Numbered from the stretch's first letter, positions 39,983-49,827 are shown. The stretch: 64,000 nt of DNA from an uncultured Phycisphaerales bacterium (GCA_963758525.1 CAVWVQ010000003.1:4224001-4288000), one strand, 5' to 3'. A program made the numbers and translations. The notes: generated from the letters alone by a model not told the origin.

Positions 39983-40106
39983 TGCCACGAAACAACACAA
40001 ACGACACAAAAAAGAGATGCCGCGCACGAGAGCAGCTTCCGATTCACTTTCTGCTCTTGCGCGTCGCCTCTCTCTTTCCCTTTTTGTGTTTTTGTGTTTT
40101 TGTGGC
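39983..40106. repeat. Short-tandem-repeat hairpin, ACACAAA-type family
   Basis: GCCACGAAACAACACAAACGACACAAAAAAGAGA ... TTTTTGTGTTTTTGTGTTTTTGTGGC. Confidence 0.7.
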
Positions 40107-40764
40107 CGTTCGCTCTTTGATTCCAGCGCGCTCGGCCATGTCTGCGCGTATCGTCAATCAGAGTGCGACTTGGTGCTGAACCCGCGGCTGTCCCCGCCGA
40201 TCTGTTGTGATTGCGTGACGGTATCCTTTTCGCTCGCCCCCGTGCGACATTGATTGGCCTCCGGCTTCTCCTCTGCCAACGATTCCGTCTGTTCCAAAGG
40301 CGTAGGGTCCGCTCGGCGGCTCCTAAGGTACGCCTCGAATGGCCGAAAGCGTCGAGCCGCCGTGCGGACCATTCCTCGACTTCCGCGAGAATCCTCGACG
40401 GCGCTCTCTGCTGTCCATAATGAGTTATCCATTCAACCCGTTTCTAACAGCTGTCGCAGACGGTATTCCACCTTGATTGCGAACTCCTGACTCCTTGCTG
40501 AAATCACCATTCGCGATGCGACGTTCACTGTCGCCCGAATTTTGCAATCAGAACGTCCAGACCCCAGCTTCCCCCGTAAAGTGGCACGAAATGGCACGAA
40601 ATGGCACATTATTTTCCGAGCCCGACCGTGCTTTCAGCGGATTTTCCTCCTCGTTTAGCCGGTGGGCATGCCCGCCGTGTCGCCGCAGGCGAAACCGATT
40701 TCCAAAACCACGCAGAGTCCTGCGCTATCCGATGCGCCGCGAAAACTTCTAACCGGACGAAACT

Positions 40765-41246
40765 TGCAACGGCTCACCATCACACATGTTCGGCGATGGG
40801 TGGAACATCACCATCGGGTGGGATATGGATCGGTCTATCAGGGCCGCTACAAGTCCTTCCCCGTCCAGGACGATGCGCACTTCTCCACGCTGGTGCGATA
40901 CGTTGAGCGCAATCTGCTGCGGGCCAACATCGTCACGCGGGCAGAGGACTGGCGATGGTCCAGCCTTGGCCAGTCGATGCACCCGGCGACCGAGGAGGTG
41001 CCGCGCATTCCCCTCTGCCGCTGGCCGGTCCGACGGCGTCGCGATTGGGTCGAATGGGTCAACCAGCCGCAGACCAACGCGGAGATGGGTGCGGTTTTCC
41101 ACGCGATCAGGCATAATCGTCCGTACGGTTTGCCCGCATGGACCACCAGGATCCAGAGACAGTTGGGACTCGGCCCGTTGCGGCCGCGCGGCAGGCCGAG
41201 CGAGCAGAACGCAAAAGAATTGGACCGTCCCGTCAGGCGTTCCTGA
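40765..41246 (+). pseudogene. Truncated REP-associated tyrosine transposase (RAYT/Y1), C-terminal part
   Basis: GSVYQGRYKSFPVQ, RYVERN, AEDWRWSS, LRPRGRP; the N-terminal HUH motif region is absent. Confidence 0.8.
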
Positions 41247-41259
41247 TTGCGTGGAAATC

Positions 41260-41699
41260 ATGCTGACGAAGCACGAAAACCGCCTGTGGCTTATGGGCGT
41301 ACCTCTTTGCCTTGCGATTTCACTTGCCTTGTCCGCACTATGCCGGCAAGCCCTGTGGGTCGAATCGCGACAAATGCGAATTGGAGTGTCGAAAACCATC
41401 ACTACCACAAATGCGACCGTTGGCAGGCGCAGTTCGACGCAGAAAATGATGGAGAGTTCAATGCTGTGGCAGCCGTTGAGGCGCTTCCCGAAACGAAGAG
41501 GCTGCAATCGTTGATCGACAAGGCGTCCGACGTTTCCGTCATCTGTGGAGACGGGCCGTACAATGGCAGGGACTTTTGGCTCGTGAATGTTTACATCATT
41601 GACAGCCACCGAGTTGGAAACCTATGTCGGCAATATCGTTACAATATTCGAACGGGTATAGTAACCCCGGTTTCGCCCGACGGGACCTCAAAACCATAA
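41260..41699 (+). CDS. Hypothetical protein, possibly one gene with N-terminal TM and a frameshift
   Basis: MLTKHENRLWLMGVPLCLAISLAL in one frame, globular-looking ORF to 41699 in another; more AT-rich than flanks. Confidence 0.4.
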
Positions 41700-41992
41700 G
41701 TACTCGTACTGTCGATTCCGGAGCGCGAAAATGTGAAGGGTGGCACTCGCGCTCTTTCTCGACCCTGCATCAGAGGATCATCATGTTGTGGGTCAGGACT
41801 CGCAATCGCATGTCGCGTTTGCGGCTGGCGGGTTCTACAGAGAGGTTGCAGTGATGCTTCGGCTCACATGACTTCCTCCTTTCGCGAGCTTAGCTTGGCG
41901 CAATCCCTCTTCGCGTTCGCCGCATCGCCGTTGTGAGAGAGTTGTTCTGCCAGACTCAATTTCCCGAGATGATCATCAGTCGGAATCTGCTT

Positions 41993-43042
41993 TCATAGCA
42001 ACCGCTCGCCCTTGCCGCGCGGGATCAGCGTAATGATCTTCTCCACAATCTGCTCGACGGTGATTCCCTCCGCCTCGGCGTTGAAATTGGGAATGATCCG
42101 ATGACGCAGCACCGGGGCGGCGACGGCTTCGATGTCTTCGATTGTCACGAAGAGCCGGCCGTGCATCAGGGCGCGGGCTTTGCCAGCGAGAATCATGTTC
42201 TGCCCGGCACGGGGGCCGGCGCCCCAACTGAGCCAATGACGGACAAAATCGCTGGCGCCGGGTTCATTGGGACGCGTGGCTCGCACCAGGTCGATCGTGA
42301 AGGCAAAAACGTGATCGCCGACCGGCACGCGACGCACGATGTCCTGCAGTTCCATGATCCGCCGGGCGTTGATCACTTTCTTCACCTTCCCGGCGGGGAC
42401 GCCGGTCGTGCGCTTCAGCACTTCCATCTCTTCGTCGCGCTTCGGATAATTCACCATCACCATGAACATGAACCGGTCGAGCTGCGCCTCGGGCAGCGGA
42501 TAAGTCCCCTCCTGCTCGATCGGATTCTGCGTCGCGAGAACGAAGAAGGGAGTTGGCAGATCCATGGTGTGACTGCCGGCGGTGACCTGCTGTTCCTGCA
42601 TCGCCTGGAGCAACGCGGCCTGCGTCTTGGGCGGCGTGCGATTGATTTCATCCGCCAGCAGCAGGTTGGCAAAGATCGGCCCCTTGAGAAATTCAAAGCG
42701 CCGCCGACCCGTGTCGGGGTCTTCCTGCAGGATATCCGTGCCGGTGATATCGGAGGGCATCAGGTCGGGGGTGAACTGGATGCGACGGAAGGAGAGCTCC
42801 ATCGTCTGCGAGATGGTCGAGACGAGCATCGTCTTGGCCAGCCCGGGAACGCCCTGCATGACGCAGTGTCCGCGCGAGAAAATCGCGATCAGGATTTCCT
42901 CGATGACCCGGTCCTGGCCGACGATCACCTTGGATAATTCTGTTTTCAGCGCGTGATACGTCTCGGCCAGATACTTGGCGGCTTCGACATCGGAGTATTC
43001 CGAGATCGAGGTTCCGGACGGGATGGAGGAGGGGTCGGGCAT
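41993..43042 (-). CDS. MoxR family AAA+ ATPase
   Basis: GVPGLAKT, RIQFTPDLMPSDITG, LLADEINRTPPKTQAALL, ATQNPIEQEGTYPLPEAQLDRF. Confidence 0.95.
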   Translation of the reverse strand: MPDPSSIPSGTSISEYSDVEAAKYLAETYHALKTELSKVIVGQDRVIEEILIAIFSRGHCVMQGVPGLAKTMLVSTISQTMELSFRRIQFTPDLMPSDITGTDILQEDPDTGRRRFEFLKGPIFANLLLADEINRTPPKTQAALLQAMQEQQVTAGSHTMDLPTPFFVLATQNPIEQEGTYPLPEAQLDRFMFMVMVNYPKRDEEMEVLKRTTGVPAGKVKKVINARRIMELQDIVRRVPVGDHVFAFTIDLVRATRPNEPGASDFVRHWLSWGAGPRAGQNMILAGKARALMHGRLFVTIEDIEAVAAPVLRHRIIPNFNAEAEGITVEQIVEKIITLIPRGKGERLL

Positions 43043-43043
43043 T

Positions 43044-43355
43044 TCAGGGTTGGGGGGTCAGGGTTCAGGGTTCAGGGTTCAGGGTTCAGGGGAAAACCCG
43101 AATGACGAAACCCGAAATCAGAATCAAGTCCGAGTGACGAATGACCGAATGACGAAACCCAAGGCTAAGATACTTCAGTGGGCGCCGAGCAACCAATTGG
43201 TTAGGAGCAAGCCTCGCGTCTCGCGATTGCGGGAGCACCGGCATTGTTTCGGGTTTCGGATTTCGTCATTCGGATTTGATTATTTGATTCTGGTTTCTGG
43301 TTTCGTCATTCGGGTTTGCTTCGTGTGATTCGTTTGACTCTGGTTTCTGGTCATC
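43044..43355. repeat. Composite repeat: CAGGGTT array plus GAATGAC-family hairpin
   Basis: Heptamer array 43044-43092 abutting hairpin 43093-43355. Confidence 0.85.
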
Positions 43356-43374
43356 CGGTTTTTGTGGAGGCGGT

Positions 43375-44317
43375 TCACGGCTCTAGCACCTTGGCACTTT
43401 GAATCTGCACTGCTGCTTTCGGATCGGGGGCGCTGCGGATAAATCGCACGCCGGGCGCTCGCGGGCTCGCGGCCAGCCCATGCGGGCCGGCCCAGAGCCG
43501 CTTGCCGTTGGATTCCACGACGGCCTGCTCGCGATTCATGATGATGCGCACGCGGATCGTTCCTGGATTCAGCGCGGCGGCGGTGGTGGGCAGCACGCTT
43601 CCGTCGAGCACGACCTGCTGGGACTTGCCGCGCAGGCTCCAGAGCAATTCGTGCGAGCTGGTGGCGCGGTCTTCGCTGAAGTCGCCGGAGGTGGAAACGA
43701 AAATCTGTGCGACGAGGTTGTCGCTGAGATGAGATGCTTTCAATTCGACTTCAAACGCGAACGGCTCATCGGGGGAAATCGGGGTTGAAAGCACGATCCC
43801 GCCGCCCGCGGTCTGCCCGCCGGCGATCGGGCGCAGCCCGCCGGTGGAATCGAGCGGCAGACTGCCGATGACGCGCCAGCCGGCAGGGACGGCGCCGCTG
43901 AATTTCGCGTCAGCCAGTTCAGTGGGGAAATACAGGGCCGCCACATCACCACCGGACGAATGGCTGCCGCCCTCGCGCGGCATGAGGTGGTATCCGGTCC
44001 AGCCCAATGCCGCGATAATGCCGATGCTCGCCAGGACGGCGATGATCGCCGCCGTGGGAATGCCTTGCGCTTTTCCCGGCTCGCGATCCTGGTCCAAACC
44101 TTCCATCAGCTTGCGCGTGAAGCCGGCCCCCGCGAATATCTCGGAAGCTTTTTCCGCTCTCCAGGTGCTCGCGTGCGGAGAGCAGCAGTTGGTATTCGTC
44201 GCCGGCCGATGAGTTGACGCCGATCTGCGCGACCGCCTCGCGCAAGGCGCGCTGCCCGGGCCGGCACAGCGCCTCGGCCAGCAGTTGAGCAAACGGATCT
44301 GTATCGGTGTCAGTCAC
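43375..44317 (-). CDS. Putative membrane-bound anti-sigma factor (frameshift near 44130-44160)
   Basis: Overlaps ECF sigma stop; short N-domain, single TM (AAIIAVLASIGIIAALGW), beta-rich C-domain. Confidence 0.65.
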
Positions 44318-45054
44318 GTGCGATCAATCCTTCTCATCGGGCGCACCACCGAGCGGGCCAGCCGCTTGAGGCCGTGGAACATTCTCGACCGAAGCGTCAC
44401 GGCCTTGGTGCCGGTGATGTCTTCCATCTCCGCATACGAAAGATCCTGGAAAATCCCCAGCACGATCACTTCCTTCTGATCCGTCGGCAGCGTATCGAGC
44501 GCCACCAGAACGCGGGCGATTTCTTCCTGTTTCTCCACGTCGTCGGTTGCCCTTGCCGCCACCTGGTAGGGATCGCCGCTGATGTCCATGCCGTCGAGAT
44601 GGAGCTCGGTGATGTTGCGGATCGGACTTCGGCGTCTGCGGCGCGATTGATTGATTGCCAGGTTGCGGGTGATGGTGAAGAGCCAGGTGGAGAACTTCTG
44701 GGGATAGCGATAGGTCAGGCGGAAGCGAAAAGCGCGGAGAAAAACCTCCTGGCCGATCGACTCGACGTCCTCAAGATTGCCAAGCATTCGATACAGATAA
44801 GAGAGCACCGACGTGCTATAGCGTTCGTACAGGAGTGAAAACGCCTGGCGATCGTCCTCCTGGGTTCGGCGCATCAGATCTTCATCGGAGGAGCGTCCCA
44901 ACGGCGCCGACTTCAGATCGTCATGTCCGACGGGGACGGCAGGGGGCGGCGCCGGACGCGCGGGGGCCGGCGGGGGGGCCGCGGGAGGCTTCGGCGCACG
45001 AGCGGCGCCGTTTCGGGTGCCGTCTCGAGCATGTCGGTTCGTTTCCGATCGCAT
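44314..45054 (-). CDS. ECF RNA polymerase sigma factor
   Basis: DEDLM...AFSLLYERY, QEVFLRAFR, FSTWLFTITRNLAIN, LSYAEMEDI...TLRSRMFHG. Confidence 0.92.
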   Translation of the reverse strand: MRSETNRHARDGTRNGAARAPKPPAAPPPAPARPAPPPAVPVGHDDLKSAPLGRSSDEDLMRRTQEDDRQAFSLLYERYSTSVLSYLYRMLGNLEDVESIGQEVFLRAFRFRLTYRYPQKFSTWLFTITRNLAINQSRRRRRSPIRNITELHLDGMDISGDPYQVAARATDDVEKQEEIARVLVALDTLPTDQKEVIVLGIFQDLSYAEMEDITGTKAVTLRSRMFHGLKRLARSVVRPMRRIDRT

Positions 45055-45170
45055 GGAATGGCCAGCTTCCCGCCGCGCTCGCTCTGCCCGTGAATTGCAG
45101 CGCCGCCGATCCTAGTCTATCTGGTGCGCGGGTCAACGGGAGGGATGGTTCAAGCGTTCGCATTAAGTCA

Positions 45171-45395
45171 CCGAGGCACGAAGGCACGGAGGCACGGAGG
45201 GTGAGGAAGGGGATGTAATGAATCTTAAGAGATCCCCGAACAGACGATGCACGTTGGCGGAAGGCGCGAGGCCGGAAAAAAAGCCTCTGCCGCGCAGCGT
45301 CGTTCCCTTCGTGCCTTCGTGCCTTCGTGCCTTGATCCGAGGATTCGAGCTTCGTCATTCGGATTTTCCTGAACCTTGAGCCCTGAACTCTGACG
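45171..45395. repeat. GGCACGAA-family hairpin followed by GTCATTC and AACCCTG half-elements
   Basis: Octamer arms 45171-45200 and 45306-45333; TTCGTCATTCGGATTTTCCTGAACCTTGAGCCCTGAAC follows. Confidence 0.8.
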
Positions 45396-45424
45396 CCCTC
45401 CCCTCGTTCTGCTATACTCGTTGT

Positions 45425-45935
45425 GGAAGCGGCGGTCGTGGCGGTCGCGTCCCCTTCGCGGGGGATGAGGAAAGTCCGAACTGCGGGGCTTCAATCCCCG
45501 GGGCACGGTGCTTGATAACGTCAAGGCGGAGCAATCCGACGGAAAGTGCAACAGAAAGATACCGCCCGCCGGCTCGCTGGTTTTGGGGCTCAGGGTGTCA
45601 GGGTTCAGGGTTCGAGATGAGGCAGCTTTCCTCCCACTGAACCCTGAACCCTGACCCCTGAACCTACAAAGCAGCGAGCCGGCGGGTAAGGGTGAAATGG
45701 TGCGGTAAGAGCGCACCGCGTTCGGGGTGACTCGGACGGCATGGCAAACCCCACCGGCAGCAAGACCGAATAAGCGGAGAGCCCTTGCCTCAGGGCGCTT
45801 CCGACTCACGTCGGAAACATCCGCGGGTAGGTCGCTAGAGGCGCGCGGCAACGCGCGTCCCAGAGAAATGATCGCCTCTCCTCGCGGCAGCAATGCCGTG
45901 GGGGGAAACAGAATTCGGCTTACACCCCGCCGCCC
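45425..45935 (+). ncRNA. rnpB: RNase P RNA (type A-like) with enlarged P12
   Basis: GAGGAAAGTCC, GGAAAGTGCAACAGAAAG, GGGTAAGGGTGAAATGGTGCGGTAAGAGCGCACC, GGCAAACCCC, CAGAGAAATGA, ACAGAATTCGGCTTAC; TATACT -10 at 45413. Confidence 0.96.
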
Positions 45936-45945
45936 CAAACAGATC

Positions 45946-45983
45946 GGCGGCGGCTCCCATCGGAGCCGCCGCCGTCTTTGTTT
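45946..45983. terminator. Terminator hairpin between rnpB and convergent gene
   Basis: GGCGGCGGCTCC/GGAGCCGCCGCC followed by TCTTTGTTT. Confidence 0.8.
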
Positions 45984-45997
45984 CAATCTGCGTCTGC

Positions 45998-46213
45998 TTA
46001 CGCATAAATGTCGAGCGACGCACCCAGGCCGGTCGCTGCCGCCGCCAATTCATCGCCCGCGTGTGCAACCGAGCTGTCGGCGGCCTCAAGCAGCTGCGCG
46101 GCGGAAGAACCTTCTGATCTTTGATTCTGCAGAATCCTTGCCGCCACGGCGATCTGCACGCTCGCCAGCGTCTTGGCTTGCTGAAGGTTGGTGAAGGCGG
46201 ATACAAGGTCCAT
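45998..46213 (-). CDS. YjfB-like putative motility protein
   Basis: 71 aa; VQIAVAARIL...AAQLLE...GLGASLDIYA; GCCGATAG upstream. Confidence 0.75.
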   Translation of the reverse strand: MDLVSAFTNLQQAKTLASVQIAVAARILQNQRSEGSSAAQLLEAADSSVAHAGDELAAAATGLGASLDIYA

Positions 46214-46288
46214 ATTGGCGCACTCAGCTATCACTATCGGCCCACGTACGCCCGAAAGCGAAAAAAATATTACGAATGGTTAGGTTTC

Positions 46289-46320
46289 TGTTTGACAAAC
46301 ACTCACCAAACGACGACAAT
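46289..46320 (+). promoter_or_regulatory. Sigma70 promoter of lexA locus overlapped by a palindrome
   Basis: TTGACA-N17-GACAAT (46292-46320); TGTTTGACAAACA palindrome at 46289-46301. Confidence 0.75.
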
Positions 46321-46337
46321 GTGAAAGGACATGAGCC

Positions 46338-46835
46338 ATGAGCGAACCGATCCTCAACGAACCATCGGTGTCCGGCGATCTGACGCGCGAGCAGGTCGAG
46401 GAACTCGTCGAGAACGATTCGTCCCTGGCTCCCGTGGCAACGTCGGAACTCATGGTGGAGTCCGCCGTGCTCGAACCCTGCGAGGTTCAGGCACTCCTCG
46501 ACGGTTTGGGCAGTTTGCTGGCCGATGCCGCGGAATTGCTTTCGGACACGCTCCCGGGCGCACTTCCGGCAACGCTGCCGGGCGATGGTGCAGCCAATCT
46601 CCCGGGAAATCTCAAGGACGGCTCTTATGAATCTCACTCCTCGTCAGGTGGACGTACTGGTGGCGATCCGCGATTACCGGCACTTGCATGGCTATTCGCC
46701 AACCATGCAGGAGCTGGCCGACCAGCTCGGAACCAGCAAAGTCACAATCTTCGAGCACGTCGGCGCTTTGGAAAAAAAGCGGGTATTGCGCCGGGACCGG
46801 CACAAGGCTCGCTCTTTGGAGATCGTGGGGGATGA
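46338..46835 (+). CDS. Hypothetical acidic protein overlapping the 5' end of lexA in another frame
   Basis: AAGGA upstream, directly behind the promoter; protein-like acidic N-half; ends QGSLFGDRGG. Confidence 0.5.
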   Translation: MSEPILNEPSVSGDLTREQVEELVENDSSLAPVATSELMVESAVLEPCEVQALLDGLGSLLADAAELLSDTLPGALPATLPGDGAANLPGNLKDGSYESHSSSGGRTGGDPRLPALAWLFANHAGAGRPARNQQSHNLRARRRFGKKAGIAPGPAQGSLFGDRGG

Positions 46836-47238
46836 AAAGCTCCCCGACGAAAATCGCGGTACCAAACTGCCCCTCCTCGGATCCATCGCCGCCGGCTCTC
46901 CGATCGAAGCCGTCGAAAACCGCGAGGAACTCGATCTCGAACAACTGTTCAGCTCCCGCAACGGCGTCTACGTGCTCCGCGTGCGCGGCGAATCGATGAT
47001 TGATGACCATCTCTGCGACGGCGACTACGTTGTCATTGAGCGGCGCGAAACCGCCCGCAACGGCGAGCAGGTCGTCGCGCTGCTCGACAGCGGAGAGGCC
47101 ACGCTCAAACGCTTTTACCGGGAGGGGAGCAAGATTCGCCTGCAGCCCGCCAATCGGACGATGGAGCCGCGCATTGTGGACGCCGATCGGTGCCGCGTGC
47201 AGGGTGTCGTGATCGGTGTTTTGAGAAGTTACAACTAA
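46627..47238 (+). CDS. lexA: SOS repressor LexA
   Basis: LTPRQ, GYSPTMQEL, LEKK, GSIAAGSPI (Ala-Gly cleavage site), VRGESMI (Ser), ATLKRF (Lys). Confidence 0.95.
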   Translation: MNLTPRQVDVLVAIRDYRHLHGYSPTMQELADQLGTSKVTIFEHVGALEKKRVLRRDRHKARSLEIVGDEKLPDENRGTKLPLLGSIAAGSPIEAVENREELDLEQLFSSRNGVYVLRVRGESMIDDHLCDGDYVVIERRETARNGEQVVALLDSGEATLKRFYREGSKIRLQPANRTMEPRIVDADRCRVQGVVIGVLRSYN

Positions 47239-47473
47239 ATAACTTTGCGCGATGACGCGCCTCCCAAAGTCGTCGCGTCGACACCCGGCGGTGAAGCGCC
47301 ACAGAAGCCGCGGATGTACATCCGCGGCTGCGAGCAGCTTCCGCCAGGCCGGACGAGGGATGCTCCGTCGATCGTCCGCACGAATTTTCTTGGTTCGGCC
47401 GGGATGCGCCAATATCCCTGCCGTCATCATTTCCGTTTTCCCGTCATGGAAGACGCATTGTGAAGGAGTGCCC

Positions 47474-47881
47474 ATGCCAGCAGCACCGCCCAAGCGCCCT
47501 GAGTCTGTTGAATCCTCTGGTCCCGCCTCGGCAAAGAGCGTCAAGCCCGAGCCCGAGATCCTGTTTCAGAAGTTCTTCAAATCCGTCGGTCCGCGCACAT
47601 ACGCCGCCCAGGTGAAGCGCGCCGGAAACGGCAACCATTTTTTGGTGCTCACCGAAGGCAAGCGCGACGACAAGACCGGCGAAGTCCGCAAGACGAAGTT
47701 GTTTGTCTTCAGCGAAGATTTCTCCGCCATGTTCCGCATGTTGCATGAAACCGCCCAGTTCATTAAGGCCAATCCCGTTCCCGACGATGTCCGTAAGCGT
47801 CGCGAGCGCCACTGGGCCAAAAACGGCGACGGAGACACCAGCAGCGCGCCCCGGCCGCCGAGAGCTCGCGCACGAGCTTGA
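47474..47881 (+). CDS. DUF3276 / Pur-alpha-like single-stranded nucleic-acid-binding protein
   Basis: GPRTYAAQVK...FLVLTEGK...RKTKLFVFSEDF; AAGGAG RBS. Confidence 0.75.
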   Translation: MPAAPPKRPESVESSGPASAKSVKPEPEILFQKFFKSVGPRTYAAQVKRAGNGNHFLVLTEGKRDDKTGEVRKTKLFVFSEDFSAMFRMLHETAQFIKANPVPDDVRKRRERHWAKNGDGDTSSAPRPPRARARA

Positions 47882-48312
47882 GGGCCTTGGGCGATTACGC
47901 ATCGCCGACGCCGCGCTGTGCGGGGCCGCACCGCTGCGCGGCGCCGTCCCTGCGTCTGGCACTGGGTCGCGTGGGTGACGTCTCTTTCCAGAGCAGAAAT
48001 GTCCAAGGCCCAATGGCCAACAAAGGTCCAAGGCCCAAGGCTGGTTCTCCCATTGGTCATTGCGATTGGGACGGACTAAAACGCGCAACACGGTGAGCTG
48101 GAAGCCCGTACCCGTGGCACGGGCATCTTGCCGGTGCTGGCCGCGCCGGACTGACCAGTTGCGCTGACTTGCATCGCCCCACGCTCTGTCTCTTCTTCGC
48201 CTCTGCCTGTGCCGAGCAACGCCAAAGAGTCTTTTCACCTTCGCGCCTTTTCGCTTTGCCGCTTGTCCGCAGTGTCTTTCACTTCCAGCGCTGATTTCAT
48301 ACAACATCCTTC

Positions 48313-49527
48313 ATGGCGATGCTTCACCTTCTCTCGCCGCGCGGCTTTCGTGCCGCGGCGGTGGCCGCGGGGCTCAAGACCACGGGCAAGGCCGACGTTG
48401 GAATTCTCACGGCGGTCCGTCCGGTTTCCGCCGCGGCGGTCTTTACGACAAACAAGGTGTTTGCTGCGCCGATTCAAGTCGGCAGAGAGCACATCGCCGG
48501 TGGGAAGCTTCAGGCAGTTGTCGTCAATTCCGGCAATGCGAACGCCTGCACCGGCGCCAGCGGGCTGCGGGATGCGCGGGCGATGTGCGCGTTGTCCGCG
48601 CGGCTGCTGGGCTGTGATGCGAAGTCGGTCCTGCCGTCTTCGACGGGGATCATCGGCCATCATCTTCCGATGGACAAAATCGAGCGGGGGATTGCCGGTG
48701 CGGCGGCGGCGCTGGGAGACTCCCACGAGCACGCCCTGGATTTTGCCGAGGCGATTTTGACGACAGACCTGACCCGCAAATCCGCCGCCGTCGAGGTGAA
48801 GATCGGCGGGCAGACCGTTCGACTCGCGGGCGTCTGCAAGGGGAGCGGAATGATCGGCCCGCGCATGGCCCCTGACGTGCCGCATGCAACGATGCTGGCC
48901 TATCTCACGACCGACGCCGTCGCCCCCGCGCGAATGCTGGGGAAATTGCTGGCTCGCGCAACCGACGGAAGCTTTAACGCCGTCACAGTCGACGACCACA
49001 TGAGCACCAATGACACCGCCGTGCTGCTCGCATCGGGCGCGTCTGACGCGAAACTGAATTCCCCGCGCGCGATCCGGCTGTTTGCCGATGCGCTCGACGA
49101 GGTCTGCCAGTCGCTGGCTTACCAGATTGCCGCTGATGGCGAGGGAGCGACGAAGGTGGTGAAAATTGTCGTGCGATCGGCCGACTCCGTTGCGTCTGCC
49201 CGTGCGATCGCCAGGGCGATCGCCAATTCGCCCCTGGTGAAGTGCGCGATGCATGGCAACGATCCCAACTGGGGGCGCATCGTTTCAGCCGCGGGTCTTG
49301 CGGGGGTGCCGTATGATCCGGATCGTTCGACGCTGACGCTCCAGCGAACCGCCGTCTTTCGCAACGGGCGGCCGCTGGTCTTTGACGCAGTCGAACTCAG
49401 CAAAGCGCTTGCCGTGAAGGAAGTGGTCGTCGATCTGACCTGCCGGCTGGGCACAGCGGAGGCAACCTGCTGGACGTGCGACCTTTCCAAAGAGTATGTG
49501 ACGATCAATGCGGACTACCACACGTGA
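48313..49527 (+). CDS. argJ: Ornithine acetyltransferase / N-acetylglutamate synthase
   Basis: AVFTTN, NSGNANACTG, STGIIG, CKGSGMIGP, HATML, MSTNDT, DGEGATK, DPNWGRI, WTCDLS. Confidence 0.95.
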   Translation: MAMLHLLSPRGFRAAAVAAGLKTTGKADVGILTAVRPVSAAAVFTTNKVFAAPIQVGREHIAGGKLQAVVVNSGNANACTGASGLRDARAMCALSARLLGCDAKSVLPSSTGIIGHHLPMDKIERGIAGAAAALGDSHEHALDFAEAILTTDLTRKSAAVEVKIGGQTVRLAGVCKGSGMIGPRMAPDVPHATMLAYLTTDAVAPARMLGKLLARATDGSFNAVTVDDHMSTNDTAVLLASGASDAKLNSPRAIRLFADALDEVCQSLAYQIAADGEGATKVVKIVVRSADSVASARAIARAIANSPLVKCAMHGNDPNWGRIVSAAGLAGVPYDPDRSTLTLQRTAVFRNGRPLVFDAVELSKALAVKEVVVDLTCRLGTAEATCWTCDLSKEYVTINADYHT

Positions 49528-49540
49528 GCGGCGGCGCCCC

Positions 49541-49762
49541 AAAACCCGAATGACGAAACCAGAATCCCCGAATCAAACAATCAAACCAGAATGACGAATG
49601 ACTGAATGAAGAGGCGCGCGTGACAGTAGCGCGCGGTAATATCGGGGATGGCCGGTCTCCCGGCAGCTCGATGTTGCAATCCGCGACCAAGGGTTCGGTT
49701 CGGCTATTGGGTCATTCGTCATTCGGACTTGATTCTGGTTTCTGGTTTCGTCATTCGGGCTT
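49541..49762. repeat. GAATGAC-family hairpin
   Basis: AAACCCGAATGACGAAACCAGAATC ... GATTCTGGTTTCTGGTTTCGTCATTCGGG. Confidence 0.85.
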
Positions 49763-49827
49763 CCGGCGCCTTGCTGCCGACGCGCACAATCTGCCGTTCA
49801 CCCGTTCCCCAATTTGTCCAATAATCC

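Noticed and set aside
39680..40560. Short ORFs, e.g. 40154-40432 on the minus strand
   Set aside because: No recognisable motifs or convincing starts; the region looks like repeat-rich or decayed DNA.
40581..40610. Sigma54 promoter in TGGCACGAAATGGCAC
   Set aside because: Spacing is GG-N9-GC, and the sequence is a 10-bp tandem repeat.
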